From a virus (Duplodnaviria > Caudoviricetes), in the IMG/VR virus record IMGVR_UViG_3300021961_000356, positions 1-32,629 of that record: 32,629 nt of DNA. The stretch is one strand, 5' to 3'. The notes under the pieces were generated by a model. The model was not told the origin of the DNA. It saw only the letters and a program-made list of their open reading frames with translations, and did not search any database. The translations under genes and the position numbers were made by a program. The first letter of the stretch is position 1, and the number at the start of each line of letters is the position of its first letter. This document shows positions 1-8,577 of the stretch, piece after piece.

Positions 1-261
1 ATGTCTGTTCTTTACTTTCTCTTTCATTTCCATTCTATATGCCCTTACGGCGCCCTTTACTATACTAGGATATTCACCTAGATATGAACCTGCTTCTAAA
101 TCTTCTTTTGTTACAAGATGTTTGTGTGGGTGTTCAATAGTATCATAGTTTTCTAGTATGTGTTTTGCCAGTTTATCAAACTCATGGTCTGTTACAAGTG
201 GTGCATCATCAACATAATATGCATATGCACACATTAAATATTTTGCAATTGGATTCTTCAT
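1..261 (-). CDS. Partial ORF resembling the N-terminal Ia subdomain of NAD+-dependent DNA ligase (runs off the window)
   Basis: Not in ORF track; manual translation from ATG 261: MKNPIAKYLMCAYAYYVDDAPLVTDHEFDKLAKHILENY...; YYVxDxPxxxDxEFD resembles LigA YYxxDxPxIsDaEYD. Confidence 0.6.
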   Translation of the reverse strand, partial: MKNPIAKYLMCAYAYYVDDAPLVTDHEFDKLAKHILENYDTIEHPHKHLVTKEDLEAGSYLGEYPSIVKGAVRAYRMEMKEKVKNRH

Positions 262-267
262 AATTAC

Positions 268-296
268 AAGATACAATTTTTTGATACAAATGTCAA
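268..296 (-). promoter_or_regulatory. sigma70-type promoter TTGACA-17-TATCTT (TG directly upstream of the -10), probably giving a leaderless mRNA
   Basis: Minus strand TTGACA tttgtatcaaaaaattg TATCTT gtaatt ATG(261). Confidence 0.65.
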
Positions 297-694
297 GACT
301 TTTTTAAATGTTTTGAGTGAATTTTGCAACCGATGAACTCATTATAATATTCGTCAGATAGTAATACATCATATTGAAACTGTAACTTTGCTTCATAGTA
401 TGACATCTCACCTTTTGTTTTACAAAGATGTAGTATTACTCTTTCATACTCCGAGTAGTTGTTCTGTACTTTTTCTTGGAGTTCTTTGTTTGATCCATAA
501 TATTCTCGCCAGTTTGATTCAACTCTGGTTTTAATTTTTCTAGGTCGTTTGCTATTTTTAGGAAGAGTTTTTGGAGACCAGAAATTCTTTTTACCAATAT
601 ACTTCTTGCCCGTGGCGAGTTCTGTAATTTGATACACAAATCCCTGATAGTCTTTGGGTGTTTCATTGAATTCTTTATCATTATATAACCACAT
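293..694 (-). CDS. Stand-alone GIY-YIG family nuclease-like protein
   Basis: GFVYQITELATGKKYIGKK motif, downstream YYGS, conserved E and YYN; 133 aa with no DNA-binding tail. Confidence 0.8.
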   Translation of the reverse strand: MWLYNDKEFNETPKDYQGFVYQITELATGKKYIGKKNFWSPKTLPKNSKRPRKIKTRVESNWREYYGSNKELQEKVQNNYSEYERVILHLCKTKGEMSYYEAKLQFQYDVLLSDEYYNEFIGCKIHSKHLKKS

Positions 695-699
695 ACATT

Positions 700-706
700 T
701 ATTTAG
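700..706 (-). promoter_or_regulatory. Late-promoter variant CTAAATA
   Basis: CTAAATA aatgt ATG(694); variant of T4 TATAAATA. Confidence 0.45.
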
Positions 707-873
707 TCAAGGTCCTTATCTAAAAAATGTGAGATGTATTCTTCGTCAACTAATACAGCATATGCTTCAGACCCACAACAAGGACAATATTCAGGTTGAT
801 GAGATACCTGAACAAAACAAATGATTCCACATTCATCACATTCTAGTTGGTATTCGTCTAAACCACTGCTCAT
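703..873 (-). CDS. Small zinc-ribbon/rubredoxin-like protein (56 aa)
   Basis: Not in ORF track; MSSGLDEYQLECDECGIICFVQVSHQPEYCPCCGSEAYAVLVDEEYISHFLDKDLD; CxxCG...CPxCG. Confidence 0.75.
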   Translation of the reverse strand: MSSGLDEYQLECDECGIICFVQVSHQPEYCPCCGSEAYAVLVDEEYISHFLDKDLD

Positions 874-1030
874 CTCTAATCCTTTCTAATATCTCTTGTT
901 TTCGTTCATCAGTTGCTCTTATCCATTCCTTAATTTCTTCTCTACTTCTACCACACCCTATACAATATCCGACATTGTTTAATACACATATTTGTTTACA
1001 AGGGGAAGGTATTCTAGAAGTCGATTTCAC
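836..1030 (-). CDS. DUF1289-like small Cys (putative Fe-S) protein
   Basis: SPCxxIC...CxGCGRSxEEIxxW signature; likely GTG start at 1030 with GGAGG upstream (track start 1057). Confidence 0.75.
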   Translation of the reverse strand: MKSTSRIPSPCKQICVLNNVGYCIGCGRSREEIKEWIRATDERKQEILERIRDEQWFRRIPTRM

Positions 1031-3230
1031 AAGCGCCTCCAGCACAAGCGGCCGCACCTATCGTATCTATTTCAGTATATTTCTTTTCTCTTACATCTTC
1101 TAACCAGTTAATCTCTTTTAGATTATCTTGTATCTTATTCCATTTATGTAAAAGATAGGCGTCTTTCAAACAATATTCTGCTTGTTTAATATTACCATCT
1201 GTATAATTTTCTGCAAATTGTTTAAATCTTCGAACCCAATCTCGTTTAAGTGCATTGTTAGTTGATTCCTCACTTATGTTTTCACCAAAACCTTGTGCAG
1301 TAGAACAGGCATCCCATAGATTTTTAAAACATTTTAATGCATCTACAACCATACCAGAAGCAAAGATGGCCGCATTACCATATTTGTTCACCATCTGTTT
1401 TGCTGTTATAACTGCAGTATTCGGTGCTTGATTAAAGTCTTTATCACCTGTTGCCGCCAAGAATGAGATACCAGAGAAGAAGTATCTATTATCAAATACA
1501 TATTTCTCTACTCTATCCCAGTCATCAACAATAATTGTATTTGATACATTGTGTCGTATACCTTCGTCTGCACATAAATCTTCGTTTGTACCTGCAACAA
1601 CCCAATGTTGTTGTGCCCTTTTCACTAACTCTAAATGGTCAATACCAAGTAGGTCATCTTTATAATAAGAACCTTTCTTAGGTAATATAGGGAATGAAAC
1701 AACAACATCTGTACCACCTGCAGACCATACACTTTCTTCTACCATATATGGATTAGATTGCATAATTGCTTGAGTTATTTCAGACTCTTTGTTCATCTGT
1801 ACATTTCTTATATACATTGGACTGTGTTCTGCATGTATACCACTTGCAGTTTGTAACAATACAGATGCATTACCACTTGGTTTTACACATGTTGTTCTTG
1901 CCGCAGGATTGATACCGATAATCTCTGCAACTTCTTTGTTTACTTTTTTCACTATCTCTGCACCCTTTTTCAGAATCTTTTCGTTAAAGAGAATTTCTGG
2001 ATTGTTCATAAATCCAGTAATTGACACACCTAGTAGTGCTTCTCTATCGAATATCTGTTTAGATACATCAGATAAAAATTTAAAGTTTGTGTACCCTGCT
2101 TGTAGGGTACCGAGGATAGAAGCCGCGCGGCAGGCCTTGTAAAAATCTTCCTCGGTATTGCACATGCCCCCGTTGATTTCAGTTAAGTTACAACCTTGCC
2201 AACCTGACTTGCCATTGATTTGAGGAAACATTCCTATCTCAACGCAAGGGTTAGTCGTATGTTCTTTTGACTGAACGAAGACAAATCCTGGTTCTCCGAA
2301 TTGTTTAACAGATTCCATTATTTTATGAAACTGTTCTTCACTTGCTTCATCACGAACAATTACGGCAGAGTTATTAGACCTTCCTCTTTGAGGATTATCA
2401 ACAAACCAATTACCTGTTTTAGCAGTCATCATTTCTTCGTCATCTGCAGAGAATAAACATATCGTTGCAGACCTACGAACACCACCACTTAATACTGCGT
2501 CTGCGGCATGCATAGCAATATCATATACATTAATAGGTTTTACTGATTGTGGGTCTTTTGAATCTAGTACAATACCTTGAAGAAGGTACTCAATTCTATC
2601 AAGTGCCCTTCTTAATCCATCTGGACCAGGTGCTTTAAATCCTCCTGATATCTTAGCACCTTTTGGTCTTATTTGTGTCAAGTCAAAGAATACTCTACGA
2701 CCTTCGTACTCTGGGTATTTACCACCACCTACGAAGAAAGAGGACATAAGAACATCTAGTGCAGATGCCCAACCCTCTATAGAGTCTTCAACTATAAATC
2801 CTTTTGCTTGTTTCGTTCTATTTTGTATTTTAGGGAGTTTCGCAACGTGATGTTTCTGTACAGAGAAACCAGCACCTGCACCACATAATAGTATATAAAA
2901 TATTTCACCAAAGAATTCTGGTCTGTCAACATATGTAGATGTACAGTTGTACATTTTCATTTCGTGTTTGAGTAGTTGACTACCACCAAACTGTAATGCC
3001 CTTTGAGCACCTAGAACTCTTTGTTCTTTATATGCTTGTTTTGCCTCTTCTAGATACGGTGCCAAACCATTATCTTTTTCTTTATAATAGTTTGTATGCA
3101 TATCAATCACTCTGTCAACTGCTTCTTCCCAAGTTTCGTATCGTTCTTCTAAATCTTTGTATCTTGAATAACCTTCATAAAATTTTGTTTGGGATAAAAA
3201 CTCTCGTGTGTCAACAGGTTGTGCTGGCAT
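1014..3230 (-). CDS. nrdJ: Class II (adenosylcobalamin-dependent) ribonucleotide reductase, monomeric RTPR type
   Basis: YNC, GGVRRSA, TNPCVEI catalytic loop, CNLTEIN, TCVKPSG, C-terminal CAGGACEIDF redox pair; no nrdB nearby; AGGAG RBS. Confidence 0.9.
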   Translation of the reverse strand: MPAQPVDTREFLSQTKFYEGYSRYKDLEERYETWEEAVDRVIDMHTNYYKEKDNGLAPYLEEAKQAYKEQRVLGAQRALQFGGSQLLKHEMKMYNCTSTYVDRPEFFGEIFYILLCGAGAGFSVQKHHVAKLPKIQNRTKQAKGFIVEDSIEGWASALDVLMSSFFVGGGKYPEYEGRRVFFDLTQIRPKGAKISGGFKAPGPDGLRRALDRIEYLLQGIVLDSKDPQSVKPINVYDIAMHAADAVLSGGVRRSATICLFSADDEEMMTAKTGNWFVDNPQRGRSNNSAVIVRDEASEEQFHKIMESVKQFGEPGFVFVQSKEHTTNPCVEIGMFPQINGKSGWQGCNLTEINGGMCNTEEDFYKACRAASILGTLQAGYTNFKFLSDVSKQIFDREALLGVSITGFMNNPEILFNEKILKKGAEIVKKVNKEVAEIIGINPAARTTCVKPSGNASVLLQTASGIHAEHSPMYIRNVQMNKESEITQAIMQSNPYMVEESVWSAGGTDVVVSFPILPKKGSYYKDDLLGIDHLELVKRAQQHWVVAGTNEDLCADEGIRHNVSNTIIVDDWDRVEKYVFDNRYFFSGISFLAATGDKDFNQAPNTAVITAKQMVNKYGNAAIFASGMVVDALKCFKNLWDACSTAQGFGENISEESTNNALKRDWVRRFKQFAENYTDGNIKQAEYCLKDAYLLHKWNKIQDNLKEINWLEDVREKKYTEIDTIGAAACAGGACEIDF

Positions 3231-3283
3231 TATGTACTCCTATAATTTGGGTGATTGAACGAACTAGTAATATATATACTTTT

Positions 3284-3889
3284 CTAATTTTCTGATTCTA
3301 GATATTTAACAAACTCTTCTTCTATTTCCCATTTGTGGTCGCTAACAAACTCATAAAGGTATTCGTAAAAAATATCAGAAGATACATCATCAATCCAATC
3401 GCCTTCATCTTCGTCCCATTTACCTTTAAGTTCTTCATTTCTTTCGATTATCAATTCTCTCATTTCGTCCCAGTCAACTTCTCTGTAGTCTTCTAGTTCA
3501 GAACCAAGATATGCATTGCAACCATAGAAGTTAGGTCCTTCATCTTCATATGTAATCGTTGATATCATATTAGGATCTAAAGGTGCTAGTTCTTCTTCTA
3601 GTAACTTTTGTAGTCCTTCAATTGGGGCACCCCAAGCAGAAACACCAACACAAGAAAATTCGTCATAGTCTTCTATGTAGTTCCATTTAGGACCTATGTT
3701 GTTTACTGTCCATTCAAAGTCTTTGACTTCTTCTGAATTACTTAAATCTTCTTTGAGAAATAAATCGCCGAACCACAGACCGTTGTCGCCATCTTCTTTT
3801 GTAAGTTTACTTGTTAGTTCAGACCATCTCTTTTTGGCCTTGTCGTTCATTCTATAAAATGATATTGTCCAATTCACATTATTTGCCAT
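3284..3889 (-). CDS. Acidic protein resembling the YubB/DUF1281 (Api92-like) ferredoxin-fold family
   Basis: WxxxNxGxKW...SAWxxP...YEDEG pattern; ATG 3889 after AAGGAG. Confidence 0.55.
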   Translation of the reverse strand: MANNVNWTISFYRMNDKAKKRWSELTSKLTKEDGDNGLWFGDLFLKEDLSNSEEVKDFEWTVNNIGPKWNYIEDYDEFSCVGVSAWGAPIEGLQKLLEEELAPLDPNMISTITYEDEGPNFYGCNAYLGSELEDYREVDWDEMRELIIERNEELKGKWDEDEGDWIDDVSSDIFYEYLYEFVSDHKWEIEEEFVKYLESEN

Positions 3890-3915
3890 AATATACTCCT
3901 TCAATTTTGTTTATT

Positions 3916-3944
3916 ATTCTATCAATTTAATCATACTTTGTCAA
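3916..3944 (-). promoter_or_regulatory. sigma70-type early/middle promoter TTGACA-17-TAGAAT
   Basis: TTGACA aagtatgattaaattga TAGAAT upstream of RBS and ATG 3889; may also drive nrdJ. Confidence 0.8.
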
Positions 3945-4851
3945 GATTTAATCTGTATCTTTTCATCTTTGCATCATTTTCATTATGATTTATTCCACAT
4001 CTTTTTCTACATATTTCAGGTGGATTTGTTTTAATTCTTTGCTCTATAATTTTCCAATTATCTGATTCTAATATATTCGTAATATCGTTTTCTTTTAAAT
4101 TTAATTTAACATCAAATAATTCTTCTAAACCTTTATTTTGTGTATTTAACCAACAACAAGGTAATAAATTTCCTGTAGATGAATAGTATTGAGGTGTTCT
4201 ATTTGTTAAACATCTCGGTTGTATTTCAATATCATAATCATATTTTATTTTAAAATTATTTCCTTCTGTATCAGTAGATGTTTCTAATATTTGAAATACT
4301 ATACCGTTTTCTTTTGCAATCTTATAAGCATCTAGTAAATTATCCTCATTATAATCAAAAACAATATATTGCCATTCAACATACATTCCAAGTTTCTTTG
4401 CTTCTAACATTCTTTCAAATAAGAATTGACCGTCTTGACCTTTTCGATATATATGACTTTGTTCAGGTAATCCATCTATACCAAATATCCATTTTGCATC
4501 AAGATTAGAGGCAAATGCTTCATCATAAACTTTTTTTAATTTATGATTTGCCGCTGTATGTACTTGGACAACTTTGTTTTTGTCCTTACACATTTTCAAC
4601 ATTTGATTTAATTTTGTATGAAAAATAGGGTCTGACTGACCGCCGCATAGAAGTATTTCATCATAATAATCTACAATCTTTTCAAATTCTTGTAGAGTTA
4701 TTTCATTTTTTATTATAGTATAATCTTCGTTTTGCCTAATACAACCTCCACACTTTAAAGTGCATTTGTGTGTCGTATCGACATTAATACTTTTTGAAGT
4801 GTAATTAGTCTTTGTATTCGTGGTCGAGTCTAGGACAGTTTTTTTCAACAT
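3931..4851 (-). CDS. Radical SAM protein with C-terminal SPASM/twitch-like Cys cluster
   Basis: CTLKCGGC (CxxxCxxC), GGQSDP, FGIDG, WQYIVFDYNE, C-terminal C..PCC..CxxxC. Confidence 0.85.
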   Translation of the reverse strand: MLKKTVLDSTTNTKTNYTSKSINVDTTHKCTLKCGGCIRQNEDYTIIKNEITLQEFEKIVDYYDEILLCGGQSDPIFHTKLNQMLKMCKDKNKVVQVHTAANHKLKKVYDEAFASNLDAKWIFGIDGLPEQSHIYRKGQDGQFLFERMLEAKKLGMYVEWQYIVFDYNEDNLLDAYKIAKENGIVFQILETSTDTEGNNFKIKYDYDIEIQPRCLTNRTPQYYSSTGNLLPCCWLNTQNKGLEELFDVKLNLKENDITNILESDNWKIIEQRIKTNPPEICRKRCGINHNENDAKMKRYRLNLDKV

Positions 4852-5104
4852 AATATAATCGTTCTTCTAATTCATCTATTTTCTTTGTAACGTGTGGGTA
4901 CTTCTTACGCCACGCATCATCTGGTTGTTCTAACCATGTTAGACCCCAACGTGCAACAAGATAATCTAATATCATATCTATCTTGGCGTAACACCAAAGT
5001 CCTGCTCGTGTACCTTTAAAGTATGTGAGAAATACTGCACCTGCAAGGGCACCACCTATACCAGTATATATCCAAAGTGTGTCTGCGAATAATCTGCTTA
5101 TCAT
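4805..5104 (-). CDS. Small membrane protein of unknown function (holin-like candidate)
   Basis: N-terminal hydrophobic LWIYTGIGGALAGAVFLTYF, charged C-terminus; follows spanin/lipase/nuclease genes. Confidence 0.55.
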   Translation of the reverse strand: MISRLFADTLWIYTGIGGALAGAVFLTYFKGTRAGLWCYAKIDMILDYLVARWGLTWLEQPDDAWRKKYPHVTKKIDELEERLYYVEKNCPRLDHEYKD

Positions 5105-5532
5105 AGTGTTACTAATCCCTCACTAATAAGTCTTTCTCTATTCTTCATATGTTGGTCTTGTATATCATCTTTACTTTGACCCTCATACGCAACACCATGA
5201 CCTTCTGCAATTAGTTGATTGACAACTGTTGTTTGTTTATAGGTAAAGTCACCGAGTATTCTACCAAACTTACCTTTCATGTCTTGACCATCTTTGTCTG
5301 CGTAAGTTTTGAGAATAACTCTTTCACCTTTACCAAGCATTGTTTTGAGTCTAGTCTTTGCGGCCAAACCAAATTTCTTTTCAACTAAATCTTTTGTTCT
5401 TGATTCTGGTGTATCAATACCTTTGAGTCTGACTCTTTCGTTTCTTAACCAGATACCAAAACCCAAATCAATATTTACATCAACAGTATCGCCATCAACA
5501 ACTTTTATTACTTCGCATTTATATTTGTACAT
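5101..5532 (-). CDS. Thermonuclease (staphylococcal nuclease-like)
   Basis: VVDGDT, RVRLxGIDTPE, GKFGRILG motifs; probable start MYKYK at 5532. Confidence 0.9.
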   Translation of the reverse strand: MYKYKCEVIKVVDGDTVDVNIDLGFGIWLRNERVRLKGIDTPESRTKDLVEKKFGLAAKTRLKTMLGKGERVILKTYADKDGQDMKGKFGRILGDFTYKQTTVVNQLIAEGHGVAYEGQSKDDIQDQHMKNRERLISEGLVTL

Positions 5533-6244
5533 CTTTATCTTTCGTATGATTGACATAGTTTACCATACTATGGTCCATGACAGGGTCTAGTAAACCATCT
5601 CTGTAACCTCTGAATCTATCTTTGATTCTTTGCCATGGTGTTAGTTTTCTGATATTACCATAATGATTGATGTATATTAATTCACCATGATGACGATAGA
5701 ACATAAATCTAGGTGGAACTCTTGTAACAATGTCATTGTTGTTAACAACTCTGAAATGTTTTGTGTATAATCCCTTTACGAACTTTCTTGTACCAACTCT
5801 TGGTGAACCAAAAGTATATAATGCCCATACTCTTGTTTGCATACGAGCAGTTGCAAGTGTTGCCATAGCGGCACCAAGTGAATGACCACATACATATATT
5901 CTTGAATTAGGAAACTCTTCTAGAGTCTTTTCTATTTCAGGCCAAACTTTATCGAGTTCGCCACGAAATCCTCTATGTACTAATCCTTTATCATTAAATG
6001 ATTTCCTAGGAAATGCTTTGAGGTCTGCAAGTATATCAGATATTTCATCAGGTTCTGTACCTCTAAAACAAAGAACGGTAATGTTTTCTTTTGTTTTTCT
6101 GATAATATGACATTGAGCACCATCTATATCTTTCAATACATGAAAGTCATATCCTAGGTCTCTGTATGCCTGTAGTGCTTCTTTACCATCTAAGTATGCG
6201 GCCTTTGCCAGTTCAGCAAAGTGATTAATTGTTGATAGTTTCAT
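5519..6244 (-). CDS. Class 3 lipase (alpha/beta hydrolase)
   Basis: FRGT, VHRGF, GHSLG nucleophile elbow, YTFGSPRVG, DIVTRVPP, C-terminal DHS; probable start MKLST at 6244. Confidence 0.92.
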   Translation of the reverse strand: MKLSTINHFAELAKAAYLDGKEALQAYRDLGYDFHVLKDIDGAQCHIIRKTKENITVLCFRGTEPDEISDILADLKAFPRKSFNDKGLVHRGFRGELDKVWPEIEKTLEEFPNSRIYVCGHSLGAAMATLATARMQTRVWALYTFGSPRVGTRKFVKGLYTKHFRVVNNNDIVTRVPPRFMFYRHHGELIYINHYGNIRKLTPWQRIKDRFRGYRDGLLDPVMDHSMVNYVNHTKDKDVQI

Positions 6245-6650
6245 TGGTTGGTGTACCCTTAGTGTTAGATTCATCAGTCAATGCCTCTTCATAATAAACA
6301 ATAATCTCGTCTTGTTGTCCTATAAACCTTTTCAACTCAGCAATGTTGAGTGCAAGGTTCTCGTAATCTTTCATACTTAATACAGTAAAGGCAACATCAC
6401 CATACTGTTGTTCAAATTCTATTAAGAATTCTTCTAAATTATCTTTTGTAACGACACGAACTCTCGTATCAATTAACTGTAGTGGTTTCGGTCTCGACAC
6501 CACTGGTACTTGAAGTTTCTCCACTTTCGTCACTACTTCCGTTTTTACCTCTTGCGGCCTCCATGTCGAGCAACCACTGAGGCTTATCATAAGTATTAGT
6601 ATTACCAGTATCTGCCATGAACTCACGCCAAAGTTTCGCTGTAGCACCAT
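6225..6650 (-). CDS. Outer-membrane spanin (Rz1-like lipoprotein)
   Basis: Hydrophobic signal with lipobox LSG-C, Pro-containing segment, YENLALN helix; overlaps 3' end of upstream i-spanin in another frame. Confidence 0.75.
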   Translation of the reverse strand: MVLQRNFGVSSWQILVILILMISLSGCSTWRPQEVKTEVVTKVEKLQVPVVSRPKPLQLIDTRVRVVTKDNLEEFLIEFEQQYGDVAFTVLSMKDYENLALNIAELKRFIGQQDEIIVYYEEALTDESNTKGTPTNETINN

Positions 6651-6975
6651 TCATTCTTCCTTCTAAAGATTGGGCATCTTTCAATGCTTCAAGTACAAGA
6701 TTTAAGTTCGCAAACTTACCTCTTAACTCATCACCATATGCTTCTGCCTTTTGTAGTTTGTTTTGTAAAACATTATTTAGTTCTGCGAATTTCTTATTCT
6801 CACTTTGAACTAATTCTAAACTCTCATTAGCAATATCAACTGCGACTTCTAATTGAGCATTGTTCTCTCTTAATGTCGCAATAGTTGCCTGTGTTGTGTC
6901 ATAGTAGTATTTGGCGGCATATCCTACACCTGCAAGAATACCTGCCAATAACAAAAAGAAATATACTTTAATCAT
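6469..6975 (-). CDS. Inner-membrane spanin (Rz-like)
   Basis: N-terminal TM helix then long coiled coil; overlapping lipoprotein gene downstream. Confidence 0.75.
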   Translation of the reverse strand: MIKVYFFLLLAGILAGVGYAAKYYYDTTQATIATLRENNAQLEVAVDIANESLELVQSENKKFAELNNVLQNKLQKAEAYGDELRGKFANLNLVLEALKDAQSLEGRMNGATAKLWREFMADTGNTNTYDKPQWLLDMEAARGKNGSSDESGETSSTSGVETETTTVN

Positions 6976-6977
6976 AA

Positions 6978-7352
6978 TTACCTTTCTACATCATTCAAAT
7001 ATGTTTTAAACCTTCTTAATACATCAGGTCTTTTTTTCTTTCTTCTGTCCATTACATTTGTTGTTGTAAATGCAGGTCCCATTGCCGTCTGTGCAGGATT
7101 AGGAATAGAACCAGTGTTTGTTGCAGGTGCATCTTCACCTAATTTAGCAGTTGCCAAATCTTTAGCAACGTGTTTAGAAAGTTTTATTTTTTTCTGTGAA
7201 AACTTTTCACCTGAATCAGGATATGCTTTACCTACTCCTTCAGGACCATGAGTTCCCTCTATGTCTAAAGTTTTCGGATAATTTTTATCACCAGGTTTTA
7301 ATTTAGGTTTACCTGCTTTTCTTCTTTTTCTTATGTTGTCCCATAAACTCAT
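6978..7352 (-). CDS. Basic hypothetical protein, putative capsid-internal
   Basis: LWDNIRKRRKAG, E-DAPATN segment, C-terminal RRFKTYL motif; low complexity. Confidence 0.6.
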   Translation of the reverse strand: MSLWDNIRKRRKAGKPKLKPGDKNYPKTLDIEGTHGPEGVGKAYPDSGEKFSQKKIKLSKHVAKDLATAKLGEDAPATNTGSIPNPAQTAMGPAFTTTNVMDRRKKKRPDVLRRFKTYLNDVER

Positions 7353-7939
7353 CTGTTTAACTCGCTTAATGTTACATATATTGGTTGATTACTATTTATG
7401 TGTATTGCTTCGTAGACATCAAGACCAAATATATCCCCAATAGGATAACAGTCTTCATTAACTCTAATCTTATCATTCTTTTTAACAATTTCTTCAAATG
7501 ATGTATTGACAATCTTGTCATTCTTTACAGTATATACCCCTGGGGATAACATTTTATTTTCTGTTACAAACCATTGAGTATTCTCTGCCATAAAGTCAAG
7601 AGTATCAATATTAAATTTCTTTAAAATCTTTTCTATGTTCTTTTCGTGTACGCCATAATTTTCTCTCATCAATAATAGACCAGCGGCCAAGTTAGCAAGT
7701 GTTCTTTCGCCACCTGTTACTTTTGCAATCAGTCTTTTGATATTAAAAACAACTCTTACAAATAAAGTATAGGCGTCTTTCTTTTCTGGTGTGTCTAACT
7801 TAACATCTCTCTGTCTTTTACCATCTTTGTCAATAAGACCAAGTTCAAACGCCTTCGACTTATCGAATGGTTGTATCAACAATTTCATAAATCTAATTGT
7901 GTAGGCAAAGTCTGCGGCCCTTTTTATTACACTCGGCAT
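7349..7939 (-). CDS. Conserved T4-like phage hypothetical protein (late gene)
   Basis: DxxYxxRFxKLLxxPF...AFELGLIDKDGK pattern recognised from T4-like phages; late promoter upstream. Confidence 0.7.
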   Translation of the reverse strand: MPSVIKRAADFAYTIRFMKLLIQPFDKSKAFELGLIDKDGKRQRDVKLDTPEKKDAYTLFVRVVFNIKRLIAKVTGGERTLANLAAGLLLMRENYGVHEKNIEKILKKFNIDTLDFMAENTQWFVTENKMLSPGVYTVKNDKIVNTSFEEIVKKNDKIRVNEDCYPIGDIFGLDVYEAIHINSNQPIYVTLSELNR

Positions 7940-7959
7940 AGTATTTTCCTATATTACTC

Positions 7960-7967
7960 TATTTATA
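7960..7967 (-). promoter_or_regulatory. T4 late (gp55) promoter TATAAATA
   Basis: Exact consensus overlapping the upstream stop codon, 20 nt before ATG 7939. Confidence 0.75.
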
Positions 7968-8325
7968 TTTTTCTTAATATATCTACTATCTTTTTATCAA
8001 GATATACTTCTGGATATTCATCTTCTTTTATGTATTTAAGAAACAGTAAAAAAGGTTTTACTACTTTCCATTGCTCTTTGTCAAGTCTAAACTCTAACAT
8101 AGTTACTGCAGGTTTAACGCCAAAAACATTTGACAATATAATTAGATGATTGAGAATTAGTCTGTATGCAAGTTTACCTGTTGTCAAATATCTGTTTGAT
8201 AATCGTTTAAGATATATGAAACGATTCAAATCTTCATAGAATTCTTCTATGTCAGTAAATGTAGGATTATAATAGTTTTTTGCGGCGTAAAGAAATAAAT
8301 TCTCTTCATTCAATTTTGTAATCAT
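7963..8325 (-). CDS. Conserved T4-like phage hypothetical protein
   Basis: LNEENxxLYAAKxYxNP...EEFYEDLxRFxYLKRL...LILNHLIILxNVFG pattern. Confidence 0.75.
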   Translation of the reverse strand: MITKLNEENLFLYAAKNYYNPTFTDIEEFYEDLNRFIYLKRLSNRYLTTGKLAYRLILNHLIILSNVFGVKPAVTMLEFRLDKEQWKVVKPFLLFLKYIKEDEYPEVYLDKKIVDILRKI

Positions 8326-8330
8326 AATAT

Positions 8331-8338
8331 TATCTATA
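8331..8338 (-). promoter_or_regulatory. Late-promoter variant TATAGATA
   Basis: One mismatch to TATAAATA, intergenic, 5 nt before ATG 8325. Confidence 0.4.
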
Positions 8339-8343
8339 AGAGA

Positions 8344-8571
8344 TTATTCTTTCTTTTTTCTTTTCCTAGTAGTTTTTTTAGTAGCAGTGGTAGTTTCTGT
8401 GAGAACTTCAACGACAGGTTGAACTGTAGAGTCTGTCATAGTTGAAGCAATATACTCATCAATATCTTTTTGAGATAGTTTTCTGACTGAAAGTATTTCT
8501 CGTGTCCGAGGATTGCGCCAACCGATTGGAGTCGGTTGGGCATCTTTACAATATGGAGGGGGTTTAATCAT
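8344..8571 (-). CDS. Small hypothetical protein with basic tail
   Basis: PPxxxKDAxPTxxGWxxPxTxExL then T/K-rich tail. Confidence 0.65.
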   Translation of the reverse strand: MIKPPPYCKDAQPTPIGWRNPRTREILSVRKLSQKDIDEYIASTMTDSTVQPVVEVLTETTTATKKTTRKRKKKE

Positions 8572-8577
8572 AATATC

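Noticed and set aside
293-694. GIY-YIG gene as a homing endonuclease or intron ORF
   Set aside because: Short, no DNA-binding tail, free-standing, and no interrupted host gene or intron structure seen
1014-3230. Intein or intron in nrdJ (also checked gp41 and thyX)
   Set aside because: Lengths are normal, motifs are contiguous, and no C...HN intein ends were seen
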